The notes: a model not told the origin generated them from the letters alone. A stretch of DNA of 47,498 nucleotides from Chloroflexota bacterium (GCA_011039385.1 DRBO01000023.1:1-47498), one strand, 5' to 3'; positions 26,477 through 38,763 are shown, counted from the stretch's first letter. Numbers and translations are program-made.

Positions 26477-28579
26477 TCAGCTTCCTGAAGGAAGGGTAAA
26501 GGTGAATTTAGCGCCCCCGCCAGGGAGGTTCTCGACCCAGATGCGTCCGCCGTGGCCTTCGACTGCTAATCGGCAGAAAGCCAGACCAAGGCCGAGGCCT
26601 TTAATCCTCTCGTCTGGGTGAATGCGGGTGAATTTATCAAAGATCCGGTCAATATAATCGGGATCCACTCCCGGTCCGGAGTCAAGGACCCATAAGTGGA
26701 TCTCATCCTTGATCATCTCAGCGCCGATCTCGATCTTTCCGTTCGATGGTGTATATTTTATTGCATTCTGCACCAGGTTGATGAGCACGCGTTCGATCAT
26801 GTTGCGGTCCGCGACTACCTGGGGGAGTTTCTTCTGGATTGAAAGAGTCATTTCCTGTTTTTTGGCTGCCGCCTGGGTGGACATTTCCTGTCTGGCATAC
26901 TGAATTAACTCTTCAGGGTGGAAGTTCTCAGTATCGGTAATAGGCTGTCCGCTCTCCAAGCGGTTGATGTCAAGTAAAGACCTGGTCAGACGTTGGATGC
27001 GCACCGTGGAACGATTGGCGATATCAAAAAGAGATTGAATTTCCGGGTCATCTGTACCGGGAAGGGACGCCTGGATGACATCCAGGCTGGAGATGACATT
27101 GGAGAGCGGCGAGCGCAGGTCATGGAAGATCATCGAGGTAAGATCTTCCCGGAGCTGGTCGAGATTTTTTCTTTCTGTTATATCTCTCAGGATCCACTGC
27201 AGCCTGCATTCATCCGCCATTTGGATTTGGTGGACGTTGACTTGGATGGGAATCTCCGTGCCATCCTCCGTGATCAGCTTTGATTCATAAGAGCTGGAAG
27301 TGTCTTCCTCCAGGCTCAGGAAAGTAGATCCGATGGCATCCCATTTCACTTCGTGGATGTCATTAATAACCATCTTGCGAAGCTGGTCCTCCGTGTAGCG
27401 GCTGGTCTGGAGTGTGCGCTGGTTGCTTTCCAGGATGTTTCCTTCCAGGTCGGTGATGATGATCGGGTCAATACTGTTTTCAAACAGATCGTAGTAGCGG
27501 CTGTGTGTCTCCTGGAGATCCTCATACAGTCGGGCATTCTGGATGAATGAGCCAGCCAAGCTGCCAATGCCGGATAAAACCTGCAAAGCATCAGGTTCAA
27601 ACTGGCCCGAATGAGGATTGATCGCTTCCAATACGCCTAATACCCGTCCTGGAATAAAGATTGGCGCGGCTACGATAGCATGGGGCGACATCTCTGGATA
27701 GACTTTGTTAGTCTGTAAGAAGCGGGGATCCTGGGATGGATGGGTGACAATCTCACCCTTCCCGTGTTCTGCTACCCAGCCGGCAAATCCCTGACCAAGG
27801 AGGATCTTTTTACCAACCAGTTTAGCATGCAGGTCCATGCTTTCATGAATGGCAGCTTTGTATTCAAGGTGCCCTCCTTCGAGATCAATCAGTGAGAGGG
27901 CAACAGATTCGACTTCCAGGGCGGTCTGGATTTCCTTGAGGATGTTATTGAGGACAACTTCAAGGTTCAGGGTCGAGGCCATTGCGGAGGCCGAGTTTGC
28001 CAGGGCTGTCATCACCCTGGCCTGCCTGTGACTTTCCCCATATAACTGGGCGTTCAACACCGCGACCGCAGCCTGATCCGCGATGGCCCGGATCAAGTTT
28101 AGGTGGTTTTTCTGGAGATGATTGGGTTCCGGATGCACCAGGGTGATTACGCCTACCAGGTCATTGCGCATGGTAATCGGTACTGACAAGGCTGATTTAG
28201 CTCCTGTTTCTTCATCATCTGGACGCTGGAGCCAGCGCTTATCTTTGCTGGTATTAGGGATAATGACCGCTTTCTGTTTTTTTACCACCCAACCGGCTAG
28301 TCCTTCCTCGAGCGTAACGCGGAGCTGCTCGTTGGTGTGAGTGATCATTTGGTCGTGAACAATGATGGCAGATTCAAAAGGATTACCATTCTCATCCAGA
28401 ATGATGATGCTACCCCGGATTGCTCCGATGGTCTTTATGGCAAGTGATAAGACTCGCTCTAGCAGGACAGCCAAATCCAGTGTAGTCGCCACTTCCCGGC
28501 TGATGCGGTACAGCAGTTCCAGCAAGGCCTGCTGATTGGTTTTATTTTCCCGTTTAGGATTGTCACTCTTTTGTATCAT
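26477..28579 (-). CDS. Cytoplasmic sensor histidine kinase GAF-GAF-PAS-HisKA-HATPase
   Basis: Two GLAGWV/GFAGWV GAF repeats, PAS ending RDITERK, H-box FHDLRSPL, N-box NLVQNAIKY, DSGPG and GLGLGL. Confidence 0.95.
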   Translation of the reverse strand: MIQKSDNPKRENKTNQQALLELLYRISREVATTLDLAVLLERVLSLAIKTIGAIRGSIIILDENGNPFESAIIVHDQMITHTNEQLRVTLEEGLAGWVVKKQKAVIIPNTSKDKRWLQRPDDEETGAKSALSVPITMRNDLVGVITLVHPEPNHLQKNHLNLIRAIADQAAVAVLNAQLYGESHRQARVMTALANSASAMASTLNLEVVLNNILKEIQTALEVESVALSLIDLEGGHLEYKAAIHESMDLHAKLVGKKILLGQGFAGWVAEHGKGEIVTHPSQDPRFLQTNKVYPEMSPHAIVAAPIFIPGRVLGVLEAINPHSGQFEPDALQVLSGIGSLAGSFIQNARLYEDLQETHSRYYDLFENSIDPIIITDLEGNILESNQRTLQTSRYTEDQLRKMVINDIHEVKWDAIGSTFLSLEEDTSSSYESKLITEDGTEIPIQVNVHQIQMADECRLQWILRDITERKNLDQLREDLTSMIFHDLRSPLSNVISSLDVIQASLPGTDDPEIQSLFDIANRSTVRIQRLTRSLLDINRLESGQPITDTENFHPEELIQYARQEMSTQAAAKKQEMTLSIQKKLPQVVADRNMIERVLINLVQNAIKYTPSNGKIEIGAEMIKDEIHLWVLDSGPGVDPDYIDRIFDKFTRIHPDERIKGLGLGLAFCRLAVEGHGGRIWVENLPGGGAKFTFTLPSGS

Positions 28580-28844
28580 TTCCAGAACCTACCCCCTCTT
28601 ATTTTATCCCATGTCCGCATAGATATTTTTACTCTTGCTAAGGGGTTTTCCCTGCTGATTGAAATCAGGTTGTAAATCCATCCGCCCTAAAGGGTAGAAT
28701 GACTCCCTGCCCGAAACGAAAGGCCCCAATTTTTTTGGCTATATTCCTTTGACATGATTTCCCCATATATTCTTCCTGAGTATAGCACAGATGGAATCCC
28801 GGGAATCCATGCTCCTGGATCAATTTGCCGGGCCCTGCCTGCGC

Positions 28845-29843
28845 TTAGAGGGAGGTGCTGATAGTGGGTAACCCCAGCATCAGGTCTTCCAGGGTCAATT
28901 TCAGGTTGGCATTCTCTCCCAGCAGCTGGTGTGCCCTTCGAAAGAGGATCAGGGAGTTGCGTGTGGTAGCAAAATCTACTTGGCGAAGGATATGCTGGAT
29001 ATCCTCTTCCCGGTCAATATTCTGGAGTGGAATCTGTGATTGACTGCTTTGATGCAGGATGTCCTGCCAGATTGAGATCCATGTATCCAGCAGTTCCCTA
29101 ACCTTGTGAGGGTCTTTGCTTACTTGATTGGCGTAAGCAAAACGCCTGACCGAATTGCCAGCAAGGATCTCCAGGTGTTCATTGAACAGGTTCCTTCTGC
29201 GCTCGAGGATGTCAGGGTCAACATGCATAGCCAGGGCAATCTCGGGTTTTCCCCCTGAAACATGGGCTAGGAATTGCGCTTCTTGGGGGGGGATATTATG
29301 TAGTTCTTGCAGTCCCCGGCTGGTCACATCCAGAGGGACCGAATTCAGCTTGATCTCCTCGCAACGTGAAGTGATCGTATCCAACAGCGCGGAAGAAGTA
29401 ATGGAAGTCAGGATCAGTATGACAGATCCTGGCGGCTCCTCGAGGGTTTTTAATAGTGAGTTCTGGGCACTGGGACTGGCATTTTCAAAATCAAGCAGCA
29501 AGCCGAATCTGCGGCCAGCTTCATAAGGGGATAAAGATAGGTTGTGGATCAGCTCCCGTATTTGATCTATTTTGATTTGTTTGCTTTCTTCTTCCACACC
29601 GACTGGGAATAAGTCTGGATATTCCAGCCTGTCCACCCGTTTGCATGTTTGACAAACCAGGCAGGGATTCCCGGAGGAACCACCTTCAGGGCAGGTCAGG
29701 GCCTGGATAAAGCGAATGGCAAGATTGGCTTTTCCAACGCCCCGGGGCCCGGTAATCAAATAAGCATGCCGGAGTGAATTATTGAGAATATGCCCCCGCA
29801 GCAGTTGAACAGCCCAGTCATGTCCGATCAGGTCCCATGTCAT
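28845..29843 (-). CDS. holB: DNA polymerase III subunit delta-prime
   Basis: HAYLITGPRGVGK, zinc finger C...PCLVCQTC, IKIDQIREL, NSLLKTLEEP and TITSRC. Confidence 0.92.
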   Translation of the reverse strand: MTWDLIGHDWAVQLLRGHILNNSLRHAYLITGPRGVGKANLAIRFIQALTCPEGGSSGNPCLVCQTCKRVDRLEYPDLFPVGVEEESKQIKIDQIRELIHNLSLSPYEAGRRFGLLLDFENASPSAQNSLLKTLEEPPGSVILILTSITSSALLDTITSRCEEIKLNSVPLDVTSRGLQELHNIPPQEAQFLAHVSGGKPEIALAMHVDPDILERRRNLFNEHLEILAGNSVRRFAYANQVSKDPHKVRELLDTWISIWQDILHQSSQSQIPLQNIDREEDIQHILRQVDFATTRNSLILFRRAHQLLGENANLKLTLEDLMLGLPTISTSL

Positions 29844-29849
29844 GGATAA

Positions 29850-29912
29850 ATTCTACAACGGAGAGGGTATTTCCGCAATGTTGTTGACACCTCCCTGCCA
29901 ACCCATTAGAAT
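29850..29912. promoter_or_regulatory. Back-to-back sigma70 promoters for holB (-) and pcrA (+)
   Basis: Minus strand: TTGCGG (29878-29873), 17 bp, TAGAAT (29855-29850). Plus strand: TTGACA (29884-29889), 17 bp, TAGAAT (29907-29912). Confidence 0.8.
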
Positions 29913-29921
29913 CAGGCCTGT

Positions 29922-32111
29922 ATGGATATTCTCCAATCCCTTAATGGTCGACAAAAAAAAGCTGTGACAGCCTCACCGGGACCAGTGCTGGTACTGGCGG
30001 GGCCTGGGTCCGGAAAGACCCGGGTGCTCACTCACCGGGCAGCATATCTAATGAGCGAGCTGCAGGTGCAGCCTTTCCATATGATGGCGGTTACCTTTAC
30101 CAACAAAGCCGCTGAAGAGATGAAAAAGCGCATTGATGCCTTGCTGGGGAGACATACTCGCGGTTTGACTGTGGGTACCTTCCACTCTACCTGTGCGGGC
30201 ATTCTGCGGATTGAGGCGGCTCATATTCCGGTCAATCAGAACTATGTAATTTTTGATGCTGATGACCAGCTCCGGGTGGTCAAGCAGGTGCTTAAGGATC
30301 TCAATTATAATGAGAAGGATTACCGGCCGCAAAGAATCCACGGGATCATTTCAGCGGCCAAGAATGAGCTCTACCTGCCCAAAGATGTGCCGATTTTCAA
30401 CAGATGGGACAAGGTGGCGGTTGAAGTCTATGAAGCTTATCAGAAGATCCTCTTGAGCAGCAATGCCTTCGATTTTGATGATCTGCTGCTGTGGATGGCT
30501 TTCCTGCTGCGGGATAACGAGCAAGTCCGAGAGAAATATTCCCGGCGTTTTGAACATATCCTGGTGGATGAATTCCAAGATACCAACATAGCCCAGTACA
30601 CGCTGCTGAAGCATCTGGCATCCTATCATCGGAATATATTTGTGGTGGGGGACTCTGACCAGTCCATCTACCGCTGGCGGGGAGCTGACTACCGCAACGT
30701 GCGCCGATTCGAAGAGGATTTTTCAGATGCTGCAGTTATTCTCCTGGAACAAAATTACCGCTCCACCCAGAACATTCTCGATACGGCGATGGCCATCATC
30801 AACCGCAACACCAACCGGATGCCGAAAAAACTCTTCACCGAACGTGGTGAAGGTGAATTGATTGCCATCCGCGAAGCCTTTGATGAACAGCAGCAGGCAG
30901 CCTTCGTGGTTGACATCATTCAACAGCAGGTCCGAGAGGGGAAAGCCGAGGTATCAGATTTTGCGGTCATGTACCGCACCAACGCCCAATCCAGGATCAT
31001 TGAAGAGGCATTCATATCCGCCCATATCCCTTACCGGTTGGTGGGCGCTCAGCGTTTCTACGGCAGGCGGGAAGTGAAGGATATTATTGCCTACTTGCGC
31101 GTAATCGTAAATCCAGATGATATAGTCAGCTTGCGCCGGATCATTAATACGCCCAGACGGAAAATCGGCCTGAAGACCTTTGCCGATTTACTTCAAAATG
31201 CAGCTCGGAATGGGCTTACCCCGGGGGCTTTTTTGATGACCCTCGCAGAAGAAGGGGCACCAAATCGGGAAGCCTTCAATGAATCAGTTGCAGCGCGGCT
31301 GTCGGCATTCGGACGGCAGCTGGTGAGTTGGCGGAAACTGGTTGACAGCCTTCCGCCTGTAGAGATGATAGATCGGATCCTGGAGGATATCGATTACCGA
31401 AGTTTTATTGAAGATGGCAGTGATGAGGGCTATGACCGCTGGGAAAACGTGGATGAACTCCGGCGCCTGGCTTCTGAATACCAGACGGTTGGGCTTTTCA
31501 AGTTCCTCGAGAATGTAGCCTTGATCTCTGACCAGGATACGCTGGACTCCGATGCGGAAGGGGCTACTCTGCTGACGCTGCACGCGGCCAAGGGCCTGGA
31601 GTTCAAGCAGGTGCTGATCATCGGGCTTAATGATGAGATCCTGCCCCACGTCCGTTCCATGGATGACCCGGAGGCTATGGAGGAAGAGCGCAGGCTCTTT
31701 TATGTGGGGATTACCCGGGCTAAGGACCGCCTTTACCTGCTGCATTCCTTGGTCCGCACTTTTGGGCGCTCGAGGGAGCTGGAAGCCTCACCATTCTACC
31801 GGGATATCCCGCCTGAACTGCGGGCTGGGAACAGTCTTTACGGCGTACCAGTGTCCAGGCAGGACAGCCAGATAAAGGTCGGCCGCACCTGGAAGGAACT
31901 CCAGGCTGAAAGTGCCCGGAATCAGCCGCTTGAAAAACAATTCAATCCGGGAGATAAAGTCCAGCACCCCAAGTGGGGGAATGGCCTTGTTCTTAACAGC
32001 CGCCTGCAGGATGATGATGAAATCGTCGATGTTTTTTTTGAAGGCATGAAAGACAAGGAGAGAACCAAAAAACTGATCGCCTCTCTCAGTAATCTCAAGA
32101 AAATTGCTTGA
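29922..32111 (+). CDS. pcrA: ATP-dependent DNA helicase PcrA/UvrD
   Basis: AGPGSGKT, VDEFQD, VGDSDQSIY, QNYRS, TLHAAKGLEF and EERRLFYVGITRA motifs; C-terminal GDKVQHPKWG Tudor-like domain. Confidence 0.96.
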   Translation: MDILQSLNGRQKKAVTASPGPVLVLAGPGSGKTRVLTHRAAYLMSELQVQPFHMMAVTFTNKAAEEMKKRIDALLGRHTRGLTVGTFHSTCAGILRIEAAHIPVNQNYVIFDADDQLRVVKQVLKDLNYNEKDYRPQRIHGIISAAKNELYLPKDVPIFNRWDKVAVEVYEAYQKILLSSNAFDFDDLLLWMAFLLRDNEQVREKYSRRFEHILVDEFQDTNIAQYTLLKHLASYHRNIFVVGDSDQSIYRWRGADYRNVRRFEEDFSDAAVILLEQNYRSTQNILDTAMAIINRNTNRMPKKLFTERGEGELIAIREAFDEQQQAAFVVDIIQQQVREGKAEVSDFAVMYRTNAQSRIIEEAFISAHIPYRLVGAQRFYGRREVKDIIAYLRVIVNPDDIVSLRRIINTPRRKIGLKTFADLLQNAARNGLTPGAFLMTLAEEGAPNREAFNESVAARLSAFGRQLVSWRKLVDSLPPVEMIDRILEDIDYRSFIEDGSDEGYDRWENVDELRRLASEYQTVGLFKFLENVALISDQDTLDSDAEGATLLTLHAAKGLEFKQVLIIGLNDEILPHVRSMDDPEAMEEERRLFYVGITRAKDRLYLLHSLVRTFGRSRELEASPFYRDIPPELRAGNSLYGVPVSRQDSQIKVGRTWKELQAESARNQPLEKQFNPGDKVQHPKWGNGLVLNSRLQDDDEIVDVFFEGMKDKERTKKLIASLSNLKKIA

Positions 32112-32167
32112 AGTGGAATGGTAAAATACCAGCAGAAGATCTGGTTTCGGCAGGAAGGAAAACCGCT

Positions 32168-32662
32168 ATGGCTGTAATCGAAAAAGGCTCATTTGAAGTC
32201 ATCAGCCGGAGTCCTGCGCAAACCCGTCGGGTGGGGATGCGTCTGGGGGAGCTGCTGCTTCCCGGGGATGTGATCTGCCTGGAGGGAAACCTGGGAGCTG
32301 GGAAAACCACCCTCGTGCAGGGTATTGCTTCCGGATGGGGTTCCTACGATTCCGTCACCAGCCCTTCCTATGTGCTGGTTAAAGTATACCGGCGCTTGGA
32401 TCAAAATCGGCTTTACCACCTGGATGCCTACCGACTTTCTGGGCCACAGGAGGCAATCGACCTGGATATTGATGCTATGCTCAGCCAGGGTCCTCTGCTG
32501 GTGGAATGGGCTGACAAGATCAAAGAAGCCCTGCCGGAAGGGCATTTGTGGATGAGAATGCGCGCAATAAACGAAGAACAGCGCGATTTTATTGTCCATG
32601 CCCGGGGGGAGCGGCATAAAGAGATCCTGGAGCGATTCAGAGAGGATATTTACGGAGCATAA
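32168..32662 (+). CDS. tsaE: tRNA t6A biosynthesis ATPase TsaE
   Basis: GNLGAGKTT, VTSPSY, HLDAYRL and VEWA motifs. Start reassigned to ATG 32168. Confidence 0.95.
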   Translation: MAVIEKGSFEVISRSPAQTRRVGMRLGELLLPGDVICLEGNLGAGKTTLVQGIASGWGSYDSVTSPSYVLVKVYRRLDQNRLYHLDAYRLSGPQEAIDLDIDAMLSQGPLLVEWADKIKEALPEGHLWMRMRAINEEQRDFIVHARGERHKEILERFREDIYGA

Positions 32663-32663
32663 T

Positions 32664-33329
32664 ATGCTGCTGGGAGTTGATACATCAACACAAGCCGTGG
32701 GCGTAGTCATCTATGATGGCAGCCAGGTCCTCTGCGAGGAAAGCTGGATATCCCGGCGGTTTCATACTGTGGAGCTGGCCAAAGCTGTCTCGGAAAATCT
32801 TATCCGGGCAGGCCTTTCAGCCAATGACCTGGATTTCCTTGGTGTAGCCACCGGTCCGGGGTCATTTACTGGGCTGAGGATTGGATTGGCATTGGTCAAG
32901 GGGATTGCCTTTACCCACCAACTTCCTGTTATCGGTGTGCCAACCCTGGACATCACCGCCCGGGCAGTTCCACCGACAGATCAAAAACTGGCGGCTGTGC
33001 TGCAGGCGGGGAGGAATCGCCTGGCAGTGGGCTGGTACCAAACCGTTGATGGACACTGGGCCCCAGAGGGTAAAATAGAGAACCTTTCTCTGGAGGAACT
33101 CGTCACCAGAATTACGAAACCGTGCCTTCTAACCGGGGAGTTATCCCGGGAGATCCGCCAGGCCCTGGTGGATCATGAATTGATCACGCTGGCAGATCCG
33201 ACGCTGGCCATGCGCAGTCCCAAATATCTGGCGGAATTGGCCTGGGAGCGCTGGCGGTCCGGGGATGTGGACGACGTGCTGGGTTTAAAACCGTATTATC
33301 TTCATAAAGGGGATCCAATACCAGGATAG
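32664..33329 (+). CDS. tsaB: tRNA t6A biosynthesis protein TsaB
   Basis: LGVDTST, GPGSFTGLRIG and PYYL motifs. Start reassigned to ATG 32664. Confidence 0.95.
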   Translation: MLLGVDTSTQAVGVVIYDGSQVLCEESWISRRFHTVELAKAVSENLIRAGLSANDLDFLGVATGPGSFTGLRIGLALVKGIAFTHQLPVIGVPTLDITARAVPPTDQKLAAVLQAGRNRLAVGWYQTVDGHWAPEGKIENLSLEELVTRITKPCLLTGELSREIRQALVDHELITLADPTLAMRSPKYLAELAWERWRSGDVDDVLGLKPYYLHKGDPIPG

Positions 33330-33359
33330 CCCTTTCTCCTCAAGGAGTCTTTTTTCTTT

Positions 33360-33989
33360 ATGACCGCTGATCTTGAGCTTGGAAAAATAGCCGATGCTGT
33401 TTCTACCTGTAAAAAATGTGCACTGTTCCATTCCCGCGCCAAGGGTGTGCCTGGCGAAGGTCCCTCTGACGCGGAGATCATGTTCATTGGTGAAGGGCCG
33501 GGTTTCCATGAGAATATGCAGGGGCGTCCATTTGTGGGCGCGGCCGGGGAGTTCTTGGTCGAACTGCTGGCTGGCATTGGCATGAAACGGGAGCAGGTAT
33601 TCATCACCAATGTAGTCAAGTGTCGTCCTCCGGGAAATCGCGATCCCCAACCCGAGGAACTTCAGGCCTGTGCGCCTTACTTGGAAAGGCAGCTCCAGAT
33701 TATCAATCCCAGGGTGATCGTCACTTTGGGCCGTTTTTCGATGGCCCGATTCATATCCAATGCAAAAATCAGTGAAATTCACGGTCAGCCCATCCGGGTC
33801 AAGGGTATGTTGGTTGTGCCTTTTTACCATCCGGCAGCGGCTTTACACCGGCCTTCCTTGCGCTCGGTGATTGAAGCGGATTTTGCTAAATTACCAGAAC
33901 TGATCCAGAACGCCGGGAAAGCTCCAGTGTATAAACCGGTAAAAAACCTGGAAGAGGATAATCATGCTGAACAGCTGAGCCTGTTTTAA
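33360..33989 (+). CDS. Uracil-DNA glycosylase family 4 (4Fe-4S)
   Basis: CKKC.L, GEGPG..E...GRPFVG, NVVKCRPP.NR and YHPAAAL motifs. Confidence 0.93.
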   Translation: MTADLELGKIADAVSTCKKCALFHSRAKGVPGEGPSDAEIMFIGEGPGFHENMQGRPFVGAAGEFLVELLAGIGMKREQVFITNVVKCRPPGNRDPQPEELQACAPYLERQLQIINPRVIVTLGRFSMARFISNAKISEIHGQPIRVKGMLVVPFYHPAAALHRPSLRSVIEADFAKLPELIQNAGKAPVYKPVKNLEEDNHAEQLSLF

Positions 33990-34020
33990 AAATAGAGATG
34001 TTATTGAGGGAGCGAGAAGA

Positions 34021-35337
34021 ATGATTGAAAATAGCAGTCTGTTTGGAAAACTGAATGATCAGAGTGCCCAGGTAGTAATCCTGGGTTTAGGCTATGTGGG
34101 GTTACCACTGGCGACCGTGCTGGCAGAAGCTGGATACAACGTTACCGGTGTAGACCTGGACAGGTCCAAGGTGGATGCGCTGAATCAGGGGATCAGCTAC
34201 ATCGATGATGTGGATACCAGCCTGTTGGAAAAGTTGGTTAAGGTGGGATCCTTGAAGGCAACCACGGATTTTTCAGTGGTTAAGGAAGCTGACGCGGTAA
34301 GCATCTGCGTTCCCACACCATTACGCAAAACCAGGGATCCAGACCTGTCTTATATTATTTCTGTGGCAGATTCGATTGCTCCTTATATGCATACCGACAT
34401 GGTTGTGGTCCTCGAATCTACAACCTATCCTGGGACAACCCGGGATCTTCTCTTACCGAAGCTGATAGAGGGAAGGGATTTAAATGTGGGAGAGGACTTT
34501 TACCTGGCGTTTTCACCTGAGCGGGTCGACCCCGGCCGTGAGGACTGGACCACAAAAAATACCCCGAAAGTGGTCGGTGGAGTCACACCAGCCTGTACGG
34601 AGATAGCGTCCAAATATTACCAGGGCGCTATGGAAGCCGTGGTCCCAGTGGCTACTGCGGAAGTTGCGGAGATGACTAAATTACTTGAAAATACCTTTCG
34701 GATGGTGAACATTGGATTGGTGAATGAAATGGCAATCATGTGCGATCGAATGGGCATCAATGTTTGGGATGTGATCGACGCTGCGGCAACCAAACCCTTT
34801 GGCTTTATGAAATTCACACCAGGACCTGGGTTGGGCGGGCATTGCATTCCTATCGATCCTCTCTTCCTGTCCTGGAAGCTGCGCTCACTGAACTATACAG
34901 CGCGTTTTATTGACCTGGCATCGGAAATCAATACAGGTATGCCCCGCTATGTGGTTGGCAAGGTTCAGGAAACGCTCAATAACCAGGGCAAAGCTCTTAA
35001 AGGGAGCAGTGTGCTGGTGCTGGGAGCAGCTTATAAGCCCGATATTGATGATGTCCGTGAGTCACCAGCCCTGGATGTGATCGGCCTGCTTCAGCAGGGT
35101 GGAGCGGTTGTCAGCTACCATGACCCGTTTATTCCAGTACTGCGGCACGAGAAAATCGAGCTTACCAGTGTGCCGGATGTAATGGCCGAAGTAGAGAATG
35201 TGGACTGCGTGGTAATTATCACCAACCACAGCCAATATGATTTCCAGGCGGTTTACGAAAGGGCTCAATGCATCATGGACGCCCGCAATGCTTTGGGGGA
35301 GATCGCAGGCGATGATCCCAAAGTGACGGGATTGTAA
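34021..35337 (+). CDS. Nucleotide-sugar dehydrogenase (UDP-N-acetylhexosamine 6-dehydrogenase, WbpA/WecC-like)
   Basis: GLGYVG, CVPTP, ESTTYPGTT, SPERVDPG, KLLEN, GGHCIPIDP and DVRESP motifs. Confidence 0.92.
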   Translation: MIENSSLFGKLNDQSAQVVILGLGYVGLPLATVLAEAGYNVTGVDLDRSKVDALNQGISYIDDVDTSLLEKLVKVGSLKATTDFSVVKEADAVSICVPTPLRKTRDPDLSYIISVADSIAPYMHTDMVVVLESTTYPGTTRDLLLPKLIEGRDLNVGEDFYLAFSPERVDPGREDWTTKNTPKVVGGVTPACTEIASKYYQGAMEAVVPVATAEVAEMTKLLENTFRMVNIGLVNEMAIMCDRMGINVWDVIDAAATKPFGFMKFTPGPGLGGHCIPIDPLFLSWKLRSLNYTARFIDLASEINTGMPRYVVGKVQETLNNQGKALKGSSVLVLGAAYKPDIDDVRESPALDVIGLLQQGGAVVSYHDPFIPVLRHEKIELTSVPDVMAEVENVDCVVIITNHSQYDFQAVYERAQCIMDARNALGEIAGDDPKVTGL

Positions 35338-35354
35338 TCCCGGGAGGAAGCTGA

Positions 35355-36332
35355 ATGGAAAGATATCTTGTAACCGGCGCGGCAGGTTTTATCGCCTCCA
35401 AGGTAGTGGAAAAACTTCTCCAGGGTGGTGCTGAGGTTGTAGGGATTGATAATTTGAATGACGCCTATGACCCGCGGATGAAGGAATACCGCTTGACCAG
35501 GCTTATAGGTAACCCGGGTTTCAGTTTTTGCAAAATGGATATCAGCGATCGAGCTTTCTTGGAGGATGAACGTTTACAGGGACAGGAGTTTAATGCCGTA
35601 CTTAACCTGGCCGCCCGAGCTGGCGTGCGGGACAGCTTGAAAGACCCCTGGGTGTACTTGGATACCAATACTACCGGCACGTTAAATCTATTGGAGTTCT
35701 GCCTTCAGGAAGGGATCAAGAAGTTCCTGCTGGCTTCCACGTCGAGTGTATATGGGGATGACGCACCCCTGCCCACGCCGGAAAGCGCCGAGAGCAGCTA
35801 TCCGCTGCAGGCCTATGCGGCATCGAAAAAGGGGGCTGAGGTTCTGGCGCACGCCTATCATTACCTTCACGACCTCGATGTTTCTGTTCTGCGCTACTTT
35901 ACCGTCTATGGTCCGGCTGGTAGGCCGGATATGGTAATGTTCCGATTTACCAAGTGGATCGCAGAGGGCATGACAGTCCATTTGAACGGTGACGGCGAGC
36001 AGTCTCGGGGCTTCACTTATGTGGATGATATCGCCCAGGGGACGATTGCAGCCCTGGGTCTAGTTGGCTACGAGATCATTAACCTTGGCGGTCATGAAGT
36101 GATCACCATTAATGAACTCATTTCCATGCTGGAAAATATCTTGGGGAAAAAAGCACAGATCGAATACCATCCCCGCCACCGGGCGGATATGTTGACCAAC
36201 CATGCTGACATAAGCAAAGCCAGGGAAGTTCTGAACTGGGAACCACAGATATCGTTGGAGGTCGGGGTTCAGAAACTTGTGGACTGGTACCTGGCGGAAC
36301 GTATCTGGGCTAAAGAGATATTCACGGAGTAA
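35355..36332 (+). CDS. NAD-dependent epimerase, UDP-uronate 4-epimerase (CapI/WbnF-like)
   Basis: TGAAGFIA, LAARAGVR, STSSVYG, YAASK and FTVYGPAGRPDM motifs. Confidence 0.88.
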   Translation: MERYLVTGAAGFIASKVVEKLLQGGAEVVGIDNLNDAYDPRMKEYRLTRLIGNPGFSFCKMDISDRAFLEDERLQGQEFNAVLNLAARAGVRDSLKDPWVYLDTNTTGTLNLLEFCLQEGIKKFLLASTSSVYGDDAPLPTPESAESSYPLQAYAASKKGAEVLAHAYHYLHDLDVSVLRYFTVYGPAGRPDMVMFRFTKWIAEGMTVHLNGDGEQSRGFTYVDDIAQGTIAALGLVGYEIINLGGHEVITINELISMLENILGKKAQIEYHPRHRADMLTNHADISKAREVLNWEPQISLEVGVQKLVDWYLAERIWAKEIFTE

Positions 36333-36451
36333 GGTTTTGAAGCTGCCGCAATTTTTACAGCCGCTCTGTAGCTTATAACTAGCATCATCCTGAGGATGAC
36401 CGATAAAGGAATCCATTCCACATCAGAGGATGGATCTACGAGGAAAAAAAT

Positions 36452-38499
<2,048 letters not shown>

Positions 38500-38763
38500 T
38501 GAATTTTCTTTCTGAGATTGATAGTTATAAATATCATCTACAGAAACTGGAGCTTTATCCACAGGCCGTAAGGCGGCGGCAGTGTCTGGAAAGAGAGTGC
38601 ATATCACTACCCCTCGCATGAATCTCTATTCTCCCGGGAGAGATCAGGTTTATGGCCATACAGTGGGTTATTTATTTGAAGGGTATCTCAGTGTCGGTTC
38701 AGTGGATTGACAAGAGTATTTAATTACCAGTTTTAGTTCCTTCTGGACACAAGAGGTTGAACC

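Noticed and set aside
28580-28844. 265-nt gap upstream of the histidine kinase as a possible c-di-GMP riboswitch or leader peptide
   Set aside because: GEMM core motifs were not found on the coding strand, and the 22-codon ORF has no supporting features.
38555-38563. Perfect DnaA box TTATCCACA
   Set aside because: Single copy, with no box cluster or dnaA/dnaN nearby; compatible with chance.
38550-38763. Possible SAM riboswitch upstream of the TauE/sat genes
   Set aside because: Only a superficial TTATC...GGAAAGA resemblance; the kink-turn, GCAACC and GTGC core elements of SAM-I are missing.
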